NCBI RefSeq assembly: GCF_000698785.1
Contig: NZ_CP007536.1
Location: forward strand, 1,890,001 to 1,922,000
From: Nitrososphaera viennensis EN76
GTDB taxonomy: Archaea; Thermoproteota; Nitrososphaeria; Nitrososphaerales; Nitrososphaeraceae
Direction: 5' to 3'
Length of the DNA stretch: 32,000 nt
The position numbers were made by a program, and so were the translations under genes. Position 1 is the stretch's first letter. Every line of letters begins with the position of its first letter. The notes under the pieces are model-generated. The model made no database searches and had not been told where the DNA came from. It saw nothing but the letters and a program-made list of their open reading frames with translations. This document shows, in pieces, positions 1 to 9,566 of this stretch.

Positions 1-762
1 GTCTGCAGGGCTGTAGGGCTCCACTCCTGCGACCAGCGCGCCGGCAGAGCTTGGCGGAAGGCCAAAGTGCCGGGCAAGCTGCGGCGTCACCTTTACCGAC
101 GCTATCCCGATCCACGGCCGGCTCACCCTGCCCTTTTCCACGAGCTCCTTCAGTATCGCCTTGGCGGTGTTGATGGGGACTGCAAAGCCGATCCCCTGCG
201 CGTACGGCATGTTGGCGGTGTTTATCGCTATCACTTCGCCCTTGGTGTTGACAAGCGGCCCGCCCGAGTTGCCGGGGTTTATCGCAGCATCGGTCTGTAT
301 CAGTTCAAGCACGCCCGTCCTTGCCTGTATGCTCCTCTTCAGCGAGCTGACGATGCCGGCGGTGACGGTCGGCCCGCCAGTCAGCCCAAATGGGTTGCCT
401 ATCGCTATCACTATCTGGCCGGCCTTTAGAGCTGCCGAGTCGCCAAGCGGGGCCGCAGGCAGGGGACCATCTGACTCGACCTTTATCACCGCAAGGTCGG
501 TCGCCTCGTCTGTCCCGACCACCTTGCCGCGGAGCACCTTGCCGTCTGCAAACGTCACCTTCAGCCGCTCTGCGTCGTCGATGACGTGGTTGTTGGTCAG
601 GATGTAGCCCTGCTCGTCGATGACTACGCCCGAGCCGACTCCTTCTACTGGAAAGACGCGGAACAGCTGGTCGTGCATCATGCGCACGCTTGCAATGTTC
701 ACGACGCTCTTGCTTACCTTGTCCACCGCGTTTACGAGTGTGTTTTCGTCAACTGGTATCAT
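1..762 (-). CDS. HtrA/DegP-family trypsin-like serine protease; the C-terminal part runs off the left edge
   Basis: Own translation of the minus strand from ATG (reverse complement of 760-762) is open to position 1. It reads MIPVDENTLVNAVDKV...GYILTNNHVI (His)...TDLAVIKV (Asp)...INPGNSGGPLVNTKGEVIAINT (Ser), then the start of a PDZ-like segment. It is absent from the ORF track because it is open-ended. Confidence 0.85.
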   Translation of the reverse strand, partial: MIPVDENTLVNAVDKVSKSVVNIASVRMMHDQLFRVFPVEGVGSGVVIDEQGYILTNNHVIDDAERLKVTFADGKVLRGKVVGTDEATDLAVIKVESDGPLPAAPLGDSAALKAGQIVIAIGNPFGLTGGPTVTAGIVSSLKRSIQARTGVLELIQTDAAINPGNSGGPLVNTKGEVIAINTANMPYAQGIGFAVPINTAKAILKELVEKGRVSRPWIGIASVKVTPQLARHFGLPPSSAGALVAGVEPYSPAD

Positions 763-856
763 ACTGCTGCTTCTACCACCTTGTTCCTCATGCAGTCTTA
801 TTGTATAAAAGAGGCTAAATCGACCGGCTGTACAAAAACCCGGTCACATTTCTCTG

Positions 857-1450
857 CTAGCGGTAGCGCGCGGCAAACGTTTCGCTGTCGCTTCCTGCAA
901 GGTCCTGCAGGAACTGGCCCCTGATCAGCCTGCCGTACGTGACAAGGTCGCGGCCCATCATGTTCAGCCTCTGCTCTATCCTCGGGTTTGACAGCTGGCC
1001 GGCGGAAAAGTCCTGCTCGCCGTTTATAGACACGCCGTAGGGCATGCTCCAGCCGTAGCACTGGCGCACAGCCGTGCGCATCTGGTCCATCACCGTCAGG
1101 CCCTTTTCGTGCGACGCGACGATATAGCCGAACACCTTGCCGGCAAACTCCTCGTAAAAATAGTCGAGGAAATTCTTTAGCGCGCCAGAGATCGAGCCGT
1201 GGAAGTCCGGAGACGCAAGTATGAACGCGTCGGCCCATTCCACGTCTGCCGCCACCTTGGCAAGCGCCGGCGACGAGCTCGCACCCGAAGAAGCGTACAT
1301 CGGGAGGTCTGCCTTGGCAAGTTCCAGCATGCGCACCTGCGCGCCGTGCTTCTTGGCGCTCTCTAGCGCCACCTTTAGCGCCCGCTTGCTGTACGAGCCC
1401 TCGCGCATGCTGCCCGCTACTCCGAGGATCTTAAGTTCATTTATTGACAT
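857..1450 (-). CDS. NADPH-dependent FMN reductase family flavoprotein
   Basis: Track ORF 857..1504. The likely true start is MSINELKILGVAGSMREGSYS (ATG at 1448-1450), a typical FMN_red N-terminus. It overlaps the pirin stop by 14 nt, so the two are probably co-transcribed. Confidence 0.8.
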   Translation of the reverse strand: MSINELKILGVAGSMREGSYSKRALKVALESAKKHGAQVRMLELAKADLPMYASSGASSSPALAKVAADVEWADAFILASPDFHGSISGALKNFLDYFYEEFAGKVFGYIVASHEKGLTVMDQMRTAVRQCYGWSMPYGVSINGEQDFSAGQLSNPRIEQRLNMMGRDLVTYGRLIRGQFLQDLAGSDSETFAARYR

Positions 1451-2189
1451 CGTATCTCCCCGGAAGGTCGACGAGTAAAATCTCTGCCGGCTGCTTGTTG
1501 TCATCAGCAGCCTTTATCAACACCTTGCTTTCGCCTTCAATCCTTGCGGCATCCTGTTTTTGCATCTTGTGGCCGTTTAAGGTAACAACGCCTCTGCCGT
1601 CGATGACAAAGACGTACGCCTTTCTATCCTGCGCAAGCACATGCTCCACCTGCTTGCCTGCGCCAAGCGACGACACGTGCATTGAGGCGTCCTGGTGTAT
1701 GTGCACCGCCCTGCCGGCGTTGTTTGCGCCTTCTGCGACCACTATCGGAAGCAGCCGGTCCCTGCGCTCGCTTGCGCCAAACTTTTGCTGCTCCCATGAC
1801 GGTTCAATGCCGCGCCTGTCTGCCTGCACCCACATCTGCAACAGCCTGAGCGGCTTTTCCTTCGAGTGGTTGTACTCCGAGTGCACGATGCCGGTGCCGG
1901 CAGTCATCCTCTGGATCTCGCCTGCAGAGATGACGCCGTGGTTTCCCTTGTCATCGCGGTGCTCCAGCTCGCCATCGATGACATAGGTGACTATCTCCAT
2001 GTCGCGGTGCGGGTGGAACCCGAAGCCCTTGCCCGGCTTTATCACGTCGTCGTTGAACACGCGCAGCGGCCCAAAGCCCATGTTCTGCGGGTCGCGGTAA
2101 AAGTCAAATGAAAAGTGCCAGTACGTCGACAGCCAGTCCCCTTCCTCGTGGTGGAAGTGCTCGCTGGCCCTGACTATTTTTATTGTCAC
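1437..2189 (-). CDS. Pirin-family cupin protein
   Basis: 250 aa. GFGFHPHRDMEIVTYVIDGELEHRD and MTAGTGIVHSE are the pirin N-terminal cupin metal-binding motifs. Confidence 0.9.
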   Translation of the reverse strand: MTIKIVRASEHFHHEEGDWLSTYWHFSFDFYRDPQNMGFGPLRVFNDDVIKPGKGFGFHPHRDMEIVTYVIDGELEHRDDKGNHGVISAGEIQRMTAGTGIVHSEYNHSKEKPLRLLQMWVQADRRGIEPSWEQQKFGASERRDRLLPIVVAEGANNAGRAVHIHQDASMHVSSLGAGKQVEHVLAQDRKAYVFVIDGRGVVTLNGHKMQKQDAARIEGESKVLIKAADDNKQPAEILLVDLPGRYDVNK

Positions 2190-2290
2190 GTAATACTGAT
2201 GGCGGATGCGTTATTTAAGCAAGGTAGCAATTCCTGACTAAGTAGATTTGCAACACCTTTCCAGGTAAGCTGTTGCTTACCGCTGCCTCA

Positions 2291-3001
2291 TCAATCATCG
2301 CGTTCGGCGTTTGCAAGCGGGATAACAACCTTTTCGGCTGCCGCAGCTGCCGCCGGCTTGGCGGCTTCCTGCATTGTCCCTGCCTCTGCCACCTGCGTCC
2401 CGACCTTGGGAGCCTCTGCGACGGGGCTGATCTGCCTGCTCTTTATCAAAAAGTCCTTGAGGATCTTGCTGCGCTCGTCGCCCATCTCGCTCGTCTTGAC
2501 CTCGAACACCCCGTGGATGATGAGCCTGTCGTCCTTCTGGTACAGCCCGACCTCGATGAGGCCGTGGCCGTTGCCCACGATTGCGTCCTTCATGCTGTCT
2601 ATCAGCAGCTGCGTGTCCGGGTACGGGCGGGGGACGTACGCCACCGCCTCGTCTATGATGGTGTCGCCGTAGATCATGACCGGGTTGTTTATGAGCATGT
2701 AATTGGGGACCTTGATCAGCCTGCCGGTCCTGACAGAAGGCAGGCGCTCGCCGTCGCCGACTTCCATTACCGTCGTCCTCAATATGCCGATGTCCATCAC
2801 GTCGCCCTTGGTGGTGCCAAGGCCGGCTCCCGTGACCTTTATTCTGGTGCCGGGCTTGATGTCCTTGGTCTTTTTTATGACCACTGTCGCAAGCAGGTCG
2901 GCGATATAGTCCTTGAACACGAACGATATGCCCATCGAGCTAAAGAGTATGCTAAAGATCGGCCAGTAGTCTAGGATCTCTCCGGACATGTGCTTTAGCA
3001 A
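2291..3001 (-). CDS. MscS-family (small-conductance mechanosensitive channel) protein, short form
   Basis: 236 aa. One pore-lining-like TM (ILDYWPIFSILFSSMGISFVF) is followed by an MscS beta-domain pattern (IKPGTRIKV...GDVMDIGILRTTVME.DGERL.VPN..LINNPVMIY) and an Ala/Pro-rich tail. Confidence 0.7.
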   Translation of the reverse strand: MLKHMSGEILDYWPIFSILFSSMGISFVFKDYIADLLATVVIKKTKDIKPGTRIKVTGAGLGTTKGDVMDIGILRTTVMEVGDGERLPSVRTGRLIKVPNYMLINNPVMIYGDTIIDEAVAYVPRPYPDTQLLIDSMKDAIVGNGHGLIEVGLYQKDDRLIIHGVFEVKTSEMGDERSKILKDFLIKSRQISPVAEAPKVGTQVAEAGTMQEAAKPAAAAAAEKVVIPLANAERDD

Positions 3002-3064
3002 TCCTTTGGCAGAATCAGGTTAAGCCATCGACTTGAAAACTTCTAACAATGTTATGAAATTCTG

Positions 3065-3199
3065 TTAAACAGTTATGCGCCTTGCGCATGAGGCGCACTC
3101 TACCGTCACCTTCCCGGCATCATCGTTCCGCTCTATTATCCGGAACTTTTTGCTGCCGCAATCCGGGCAGATGGGGCACGCCCTGAGGCCTTTGACCAT
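3065..3199 (-). CDS. Small zinc-ribbon protein (44 aa), below the ORF-track cutoff
   Basis: Own translation: MVKGLRACPICPDCGSKKFRIIERNDDAGKVTVECASCARRITV*. It has two CxxC pairs (CPICPDC ... CASC). It lies 10 nt downstream of the NMNAT gene on the same strand. Confidence 0.45.
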   Translation of the reverse strand: MVKGLRACPICPDCGSKKFRIIERNDDAGKVTVECASCARRITV

Positions 3200-3209
3200 G
3201 TGTCTCTCA

Positions 3210-3773
3210 TTACCACCTTGCCGGGTTTGAATCCGACCTTGCAAGCACCTTTATCCTCTCGACGCCTCCGACGTCTTCAATGGCTTTTGCAACCGCCGGC
3301 GGGACCAGGTGCTTCCACCCCTTTACTTTGCCTGCAACTATGAGAGAGCGTATGTTGCTCCCGTTGTACTCTTGTCTCTTGGTAAATTTCGGCCTTTTCA
3401 CGGCAAGCGACGGGTCCTGCGACCGGGCGAGGTGGTCCACGAAATCGTTGCCCGAGTAGAGGGCGTCAAAGGACGGGACCTGCGAGCGGAGGTGTGCAAG
3501 CCACCGGGCGTTGTTCTCGTCGTTTGCGACCGGTATGATATAGCATTTGGACAAGTCGACGCCGGCCTCGGCAAGAGCCGCGTGTATCATCATCACCCGC
3601 TCGCCGGCGGTGAACGGGTCCTTCTCGATAAAGTTGAACTGCGCGCTCCCGATGACTATTACAAGCTCGTCGCACTCGGAAAGGGCCTGCCTTGCAAGGG
3701 CTAGGTGGCCGTTGTGGAACGGCTGGAAGCGCCCAGTCATGAGGCCGCGCTTGAACTTGTGGTCGTTGTTCAT
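3210..3773 (-). CDS. nadM: Nicotinamide-nucleotide adenylyltransferase, archaeal type
   Basis: 187 aa. GRFQPFHNGHL is the cytidylyltransferase (H/T)xGH motif, and the length and layout match archaeal NMNAT. An ATGA start/stop overlap with metG occurs at 3770-3773. Confidence 0.85.
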   Translation of the reverse strand: MNNDHKFKRGLMTGRFQPFHNGHLALARQALSECDELVIVIGSAQFNFIEKDPFTAGERVMMIHAALAEAGVDLSKCYIIPVANDENNARWLAHLRSQVPSFDALYSGNDFVDHLARSQDPSLAVKRPKFTKRQEYNGSNIRSLIVAGKVKGWKHLVPPAVAKAIEDVGGVERIKVLARSDSNPARW

Positions 3774-5446
3774 TTAACACCAAGCTTTGCCTTTTGCTGC
3801 TCTATTTCCTTTGCCTCTATCTTTTTGAAGATCGGCTCGACTTTTCCAAGCTGGTGGCCCGCCGGCACCGCAAACTCCGCAGCCGACTGCCAGCTCTGCC
3901 GGTGCACGCTTTCCTGCAGGTTCAATTGCGCCCAGAGCTTTTCACACGAGAACGGTATGAACGGCTCCAGCAGTATTGCAAGCGTCCTTGCCGCGTTGAC
4001 CGCATAATAGAGCGTCGTGTCTGCAGTCTCTTTTTCGCTCCACGGCTTTTTCTTCTGGAAGTACTGGTTAAAGTAGGTCGAAAGCTCCATTATCTTTTTG
4101 AGGGCCTTGTCAGTCTCGTTTGCCGACAGGAGCAGGCCAGCGTCCCTGACAGCTGACTCGACCATGCTCTTGGCCACTTTCTCGTCCTCGCCAAGATCGC
4201 CGGGTGTAGGAACCTTGCCGCCGTACGTCTTTTGCGTGAACGAGAGCGCGCGGTTGACAAAGTTGCCCACGTTTGCTATGAGCTCGTTGTTTATCTTCTC
4301 GGCAAAGCCGTCAAAGTCAAAGTTGAGGTCGTCCTGCGAGTACGTCACTATTGACGCCATGTAGAAGCGGAGGTAGTCCGCCGGGAACGCCTCGAGGAAC
4401 TGCTTTAACCCGATGTACCAGTTCCTGCTCTTTGATATTTTCTGGTTCTGGAGCATGAGGTGGCCCCGCGTCGGTATCCAGTCCGGCAGCTTGTACTCCT
4501 CGTTTATGCCAAGGCGCATCGCCGGCAGGAACAGGTAGTGGTGGTAGACTATGTCCTTTCCTATAAAGTGGTATATCTCTGACTCGTTCCAGAATTTCTT
4601 GCCGTCACGTCCACCCTTGTTGTCCTCGATGAACTTTGTCATAGTCGAGATGTAGCAGAGGTGGTTGTCAAACCAGCCGTAGAACACCTTCTTGCCCTCT
4701 GCGTCTGGAAGCGGTATCGGCACGCCCCACGAGAGGTCGCGGGTGATGTCCCATTCCTGCAGTCCCTCGTCTATCCAGTTGATGACATAGTTCTTGACGT
4801 CTGGCTGCAGGTTCTGGTTCGAGAGGAGCCACGCCTTTAGCTTGTCGGAAAAGTTGGAGAGCTTGAAAAAATAGTGAGTGCTGTGCTTCTTGACAGGAGG
4901 ACGGCCGCATATGGCGCATTTTGGATCCAGTATCTCGTCCGGGACGCGCCCGCACTTTTCGCACAGGTCCGAATACTGGTTCTCGGCACCGCAGAACGGG
5001 CACCTGCCGACGACGTAGCGGTCCGGCAAGAACTTGTAGTCAAATTCGCAGTAAAACTGCACGACATCGTGCTCGTAGATGTGGCCGTTTTCACGAAGTT
5101 TCGTAAAGACGTACTGCACGAACCTGACATTCTCGGGCGAGCTCGTGCGGTAGAAAAAGTCAAACGATATGCCAAGAGCTGTGAAATCGTCGTAGTCGCG
5201 CCTGTTCCAGTGCGCCACGTACTCTTCCGGCGTCTTGCCCTCCTTCTCTGCCTTTATGAGGATGGGCGTGCCAAAGTCGTCCGACGCGCAGATGTGGTAG
5301 GCCTCGCGCCCGCTCAGCCTCGAAAAGCGCGTGAAAATGTCTGCCGGCAGGTACGTCGAGGCAATGTGGCCGAGGTGGATCTCGCCGTTTGCGTACGGAA
5401 GGGCGCTTGTTATGATCGCGCTTTTCTTCTTGCTCTGCTCCGGCAT
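3770..5446 (-). CDS. metG: Methionine--tRNA ligase
   Basis: 558 aa. It has the class I HIGH variant (GEIHLGH), the KMSKS variant (KISKSRN) and the zinc knuckle CPFCGAENQYSDLCEKCG. Confidence 0.95.
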   Translation of the reverse strand: MPEQSKKKSAIITSALPYANGEIHLGHIASTYLPADIFTRFSRLSGREAYHICASDDFGTPILIKAEKEGKTPEEYVAHWNRRDYDDFTALGISFDFFYRTSSPENVRFVQYVFTKLRENGHIYEHDVVQFYCEFDYKFLPDRYVVGRCPFCGAENQYSDLCEKCGRVPDEILDPKCAICGRPPVKKHSTHYFFKLSNFSDKLKAWLLSNQNLQPDVKNYVINWIDEGLQEWDITRDLSWGVPIPLPDAEGKKVFYGWFDNHLCYISTMTKFIEDNKGGRDGKKFWNESEIYHFIGKDIVYHHYLFLPAMRLGINEEYKLPDWIPTRGHLMLQNQKISKSRNWYIGLKQFLEAFPADYLRFYMASIVTYSQDDLNFDFDGFAEKINNELIANVGNFVNRALSFTQKTYGGKVPTPGDLGEDEKVAKSMVESAVRDAGLLLSANETDKALKKIMELSTYFNQYFQKKKPWSEKETADTTLYYAVNAARTLAILLEPFIPFSCEKLWAQLNLQESVHRQSWQSAAEFAVPAGHQLGKVEPIFKKIEAKEIEQQKAKLGVK

Positions 5447-5480
5447 GACCGTCCCAACCCGCCTACAGGATTTTAACCTA

Positions 5481-6728
5481 TCACCCAGAGTTCTGGTATT
5501 TTTTCTGCTCCTCTGTCATTTCGTCTATCCTGACGCCCATTGCGTCAAGGGCGCTCTTTGCGACTTGCAGGTCTATTTCTTCCGGCACGCCGTAGACCTT
5601 TCTCTCCATCTTTTCGTAGTTTTTCGCAACGTGCAGTATGGACATCAGCTGGTTGGCAAAAGAGAGCGACATGACCTCTGGCGGGTGGCCTTCCGCCGCG
5701 ACGAGGTTCACCACCCTGCCCTTTGACAGCAGGTACAGCTTTTTCTTTTTCTTGCCGCCGGCAACAATGATGTCAAAACGCTCCACGCCGGGCCTCACTT
5801 CCTCCGGCCTTGCATTTGAATAGAGAAAGGACGCGTCTATTTCGACGTCAAAGTGGCCGGTGTTTGCCAAAATCGCGCCGTCCTTCATTTTTGCAAAATG
5901 CTCTTTTCTTATCACGCCTGTCTGGCCGGTGCACGTGACAAACAGGTCGCCATATGGAGCAGCGTCAAGGAGGGTCGTCACCTCAAAGCCGTCCATCCTG
6001 GCCTCAAGGGCCCTGACAGGATCGACTTCGGTAACGGTCACCACCGCGCCCATCCCGCGCGCCTTTGCCGCGACCCCCTTTCCAACCCAGCCATAGCCGC
6101 ATACAACTACATGCGCTCCGGGCAGGAACATGCCTGTTGCACGCATGATCCCGTCAAGGGTGCTCTGGCCGGTCCCGTGGCGGTTGTCAAAGAGGTATTT
6201 CGTCCTGGCGTTGTTCACCGCAATGACGGGATACATCAGCCTGCCCGACCTCTCTAGCGCCAAAAGGCGCTTGACGCCTGACGTTGTCTCCTCCGTGCCT
6301 CCAATGATGCTATTGACCTTTGCCCTGTGGGCGGCCGCGTGCATGTCGCCTCCGTCGTCCGTGACTATCTGGGGAGAAAGCGCAAGCACCTGCCTTATGC
6401 AGTCGCGGTACTCTTGCGCGGTCTCGCCCCGCCAGGCAAAAACGCTCGCGCCCTCTTGCTGCAAGAACGCGGCAATGTCGTCCCGCACAGAAAGCGGGTT
6501 TGCAGAGCACAGCGCGACCTTGGCACCGAGCCTCTTTGCCGCCATGACAAGCACGGACGTCTCTTTTGTGACGTGCAGGCAAAACCCGACCGTCAGGCCT
6601 TCAAGGAGCTTGCTATCCTTGCCAACTACTATTTTCTCAATGATAGACATGCGCGCACGCGCCCATTCGTGCGACAGCCTTCCTTTTTGCGCAAGATTTG
6701 TGTCTGCTATTTTCTTCCCCGGCAACAA
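5481..6728 (-). CDS. ahcY: Adenosylhomocysteinase (S-adenosyl-L-homocysteine hydrolase)
   Basis: 415 aa. GTEETTTGV-like (GGTEETTSGV), the NAD-binding VVCGYGWVGKG motif and FDNRHGTGQS are all AhcY hallmarks. Confidence 0.95.
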   Translation of the reverse strand: MLPGKKIADTNLAQKGRLSHEWARARMSIIEKIVVGKDSKLLEGLTVGFCLHVTKETSVLVMAAKRLGAKVALCSANPLSVRDDIAAFLQQEGASVFAWRGETAQEYRDCIRQVLALSPQIVTDDGGDMHAAAHRAKVNSIIGGTEETTSGVKRLLALERSGRLMYPVIAVNNARTKYLFDNRHGTGQSTLDGIMRATGMFLPGAHVVVCGYGWVGKGVAAKARGMGAVVTVTEVDPVRALEARMDGFEVTTLLDAAPYGDLFVTCTGQTGVIRKEHFAKMKDGAILANTGHFDVEIDASFLYSNARPEEVRPGVERFDIIVAGGKKKKKLYLLSKGRVVNLVAAEGHPPEVMSLSFANQLMSILHVAKNYEKMERKVYGVPEEIDLQVAKSALDAMGVRIDEMTEEQKKYQNSG

Positions 6729-6770
6729 AATACGGGGTACGCGGCTTGGAGTATAAGAATTACTGAATTG

Positions 6771-7289
6771 CTACTGGCTTTCGTATTCTTCTCCGCGGTA
6801 CTTGGCCCTTCCGCGCCTCATGACCGCAAACAGCCCCATTATGACTGCGATCCACACGACGCTGAACATCATGTTGGTCGTGCTGACGTACATGTACGGG
6901 AGCGCTTCTATGATGTTCTCCTGCATCGCGTCAAGCGTCACGTGCATGTCGTCCATGCCGGTGTTGTAGGCGCTTGAATGCGGCTCGACATTGGCTATCG
7001 CGTTTGCCCTCGACACGACCCTGTCAAGCTCTTGCTGTATCAGGCCAAAGTCGGTCCTTGGGGTCGGAAACGACCAGACGGGGTTGCCCTTGTCAGGCAG
7101 GTAGCGCTTTGCAGCAATCACATACTTTGCCAAGTCTTCTGGATCTTGGGCAGATTCGGCGCGCGCAAGGTTGCCCAGAGCCAGGTCGACGGGGTAGATG
7201 GTGTTACCGTAGCCGTATATCCCCATGCCTATTGCAACCATAATCAAAACCACCACTCCTGCCATGATTGCCTTGTAAGAAGAAGCCAT
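6771..7289 (-). CDS. Hypothetical membrane protein (N- and C-terminal TM helices)
   Basis: 172 aa. Hydrophobic helices sit at both ends (AIMAGVVVLIMVAIGMGIYGY; MMFSVVWIAVIMGLFAVM). No family recognised. Confidence 0.5.
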   Translation of the reverse strand: MASSYKAIMAGVVVLIMVAIGMGIYGYGNTIYPVDLALGNLARAESAQDPEDLAKYVIAAKRYLPDKGNPVWSFPTPRTDFGLIQQELDRVVSRANAIANVEPHSSAYNTGMDDMHVTLDAMQENIIEALPYMYVSTTNMMFSVVWIAVIMGLFAVMRRGRAKYRGEEYESQ

Positions 7290-7389
7290 CGCTTGCCTTT
7301 GTAAAAGCTGGCCAGGCCGTATTTAGGTGTGGCGGAGCCAGATTCCATCCGATGGAATTTATAACCAACCTGCAATCCTTTTTGCTGAA

Positions 7390-7695
7390 TTGACGCTGGT
7401 CAAAGTGGCCAATCAGGGAGAAGTCAAGGAGAACGGGGGCAAGGAGGTAAACGTCAACGGTACAAGGATCGCGCTCTTTTACTCAAACGGCAAGTATTAC
7501 GCGCTGGAGGCGCTGTGCCGGCATCAGGACAAGCCCATTGCGCCCGGCAAGATCGACGGCGAGGTGGTAGAGTGCCCGTGGCACTCGTGGCACTACAACA
7601 TCCGCACGGGCGAGCTTCTGGACTACCTCGAGGGCGTCAAGATGACCACGTACAGGGTGGATGTCAAGGGCAACGACATCTACATCGACGTCTAA
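7390..7695 (+). CDS. Rieske [2Fe-2S] domain ferredoxin (NirD-like small Rieske protein)
   Basis: CRHQ...CPWHSWH is the Rieske CxH...CxxH signature. The track ORF starts at GTG 7327. I prefer the in-frame TTG at 7390 (..TLVKVANQGEV..) because an aatttataa TATA-like box lies at 7357-7365. The start is uncertain. Confidence 0.8.
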   Translation: MTLVKVANQGEVKENGGKEVNVNGTRIALFYSNGKYYALEALCRHQDKPIAPGKIDGEVVECPWHSWHYNIRTGELLDYLEGVKMTTYRVDVKGNDIYIDV

Positions 7696-7738
7696 AAGAT
7701 AAAAGGGACGTTTTTGCAGTGCTAACAGCGACTACACT

Positions 7739-9148
7739 GTGAAACTGTACAACACACTGACGCGCAATATCGAGGAGCTAAAGCCTGAGGACAATGCAGT
7801 CAGGATGTACGTCTGCGGAGTCACCGTCTATGACAGCTCGCACATCGGCCATGCAAGGACGGTCATTGTCTTTGACGTGCTCAGGCGCTACCTGATGTCA
7901 AAGGGCTATGCGGTCAAGTTCGTCCAGAACTTCACCGACGTCGACGACAAGATAATCAACCGCGCAAAAGCAGAGGGCAAAAAGGCAGAGGAGATTTCAA
8001 GCAAGTACATCGACGCCTATTTCCACGATTTTGGCGGCCTGAACGTGCTTGCGGCCGACGTGCACCCAAAGGCGACGGAGCACATTGCCGAAATGATCGG
8101 CCTGATACAAGGTTTGATGGACAAGGGCTATGCCTACCTTACACTGAACGGCGTGTATTTCCGCGTCAAGAAATTTGCCGGGTACGGCAAGCTGTCAAGA
8201 AAGCCGGTGGAGGAGCTGGAGGCAGGTGCAAGGATAGAAGTCGACCAATCAAAGGAAGACCCGATGGACTTTGCGCTGTGGAAGTTCTCCTCAGAGCCTC
8301 CTTTCTGGGACAGCCCGTGGGGCAGGGGCCGGCCCGGCTGGCACATAGAGTGCTCGGCGATGGCGTTGAAATACCTCGGCAACACATTTGAGATCCACGG
8401 CGGCGGCCACGACCTCGTCTTTCCGCACCACGAAAACGAGATTGCGCAGTCCGAGTCGTTCACCGGCGCGCAGTTTGCGAAAATATGGATGCACTCTGGC
8501 ATGGTCACGATAAACTCGCAAAAGATGAGCAAGTCGCTTGGCAACATCGTCACGATAGAAAAGGCGCTTGAAAGGTGGGGGATGAACACGCTGCGCCTGT
8601 ACTGCCTCTCGGTGCACTATGCCAAGCCGCTTAACTATACCGACGAGTTATTGAAAGAGTCGGCGCAGCGCTGGCGCCAGATAGAGACGTGCGCCTTTGA
8701 GCTTGCGTCGGCAGCTGCAGGGGGCGGAGGAGGAGGCGAAGAGGTGGACGCCGTGAAAAAGCTGGCAAGCGAGTCGGAAAAGGCATTCGACGCGGCTATG
8801 GGCGATGACCTGAACACGTCGCTTGCGCTCGCCGCTTTTCTGCAGTTTGTCACGAAGCTGAACCAGTATGCCGCATCTGACAGGCTGACAGGCGACATGG
8901 CAAAGGCCGCGCTGCCGGCGTTTGACAGGATAATGTCCATCCTGGGCCTGAAGGTGGCAGAGACAAGCCCGCAGGAGCAAAAAGAGGTTGAAGAGATGAT
9001 AGCTGCCCGCAACAGGCTGAGGGCCGAGAAAAGGTTCAAGGAGGCAGACGAGATCCGCAAGGGCCTGCTCGCACGCTCGATAGAGCTGATGGACCACAAG
9101 GGCCGCACGGTCTGGAAGAAGATAGAGCGGCCGGAGCAGCAACAGTAG
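7739..9148 (+). CDS. cysS: Cysteine--tRNA ligase
   Basis: 469 aa with a GTG start. It has HIGH (SSHIGHAR), KMSKS (KMSKSLGN) and a conserved CysRS N-terminus (KLYNTLTR). Confidence 0.95.
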   Translation: MKLYNTLTRNIEELKPEDNAVRMYVCGVTVYDSSHIGHARTVIVFDVLRRYLMSKGYAVKFVQNFTDVDDKIINRAKAEGKKAEEISSKYIDAYFHDFGGLNVLAADVHPKATEHIAEMIGLIQGLMDKGYAYLTLNGVYFRVKKFAGYGKLSRKPVEELEAGARIEVDQSKEDPMDFALWKFSSEPPFWDSPWGRGRPGWHIECSAMALKYLGNTFEIHGGGHDLVFPHHENEIAQSESFTGAQFAKIWMHSGMVTINSQKMSKSLGNIVTIEKALERWGMNTLRLYCLSVHYAKPLNYTDELLKESAQRWRQIETCAFELASAAAGGGGGGEEVDAVKKLASESEKAFDAAMGDDLNTSLALAAFLQFVTKLNQYAASDRLTGDMAKAALPAFDRIMSILGLKVAETSPQEQKEVEEMIAARNRLRAEKRFKEADEIRKGLLARSIELMDHKGRTVWKKIERPEQQQ

Positions 9149-9227
9149 TAGTTTTTCACACTTTGGTGCATCATTGTGGACACTATCACTAATGTGAAGC
9201 AGAGGCGGCAAGTAACAGCAAGCGACG

Positions 9228-9566
9228 ATGAAGATACTGGACGGTAAGCGCGTAGGTACTGTAACCTTTGAGGAGGACGGCCTGCTCATAGGCGAGGTGC
9301 TGGGCGACGTCATCGTCAACGGCGGCTACCTGGAGCTGAAGGGCAGGGTGCTTGGAAACGTGCTCGTGAGGGGCGGCTCGTGCAGGCTCACGGGCATCGT
9401 CAAGGGAAACGCCGTGAACGAGAAGGGCGACCTTGAGGTGTTTGGCGCAGTCCACGGCAAGGTGATAACAAAGCTGGGCTACACCTACGTCAATCCCGGC
9501 GCAGCGGTAGGCGGCATTGAAAGCGCCCACATAAAGAAGGAAGGGGCGACGTCGACGCCAGTCTAG
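9228..9566 (+). CDS. Bactofilin-like (polymer-forming beta-helical) protein
   Basis: 112 aa. It shows a repeating G-x-V/I-x-G-(D/N)-V pattern (GEVLGDVIVNGGYLELKGRVLGNVLVRGG..LTGIVKGNAV..GDLEVFGAVHGKV), as in DUF583/bactofilin windings. Confidence 0.55.
   Translation: MKILDGKRVGTVTFEEDGLLIGEVLGDVIVNGGYLELKGRVLGNVLVRGGSCRLTGIVKGNAVNEKGDLEVFGAVHGKVITKLGYTYVNPGAAVGGIESAHIKKEGATSTPV

Noticed and set aside
2196-2250. A possible C/D-box sRNA (ctgatgg ... cctga) in the pirin/MscS intergenic region
   Set aside because: The C box is imperfect, there are no clear C'/D' boxes and there is no terminal stem. It is not supportable by eye.
2264-2281. A hairpin ggtaagc-tgtt-gcttacc just downstream of the MscS-like gene
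   Set aside because: A 7-bp stem with no adjacent T-tract cannot be distinguished from chance. Archaeal termination does not require hairpins.
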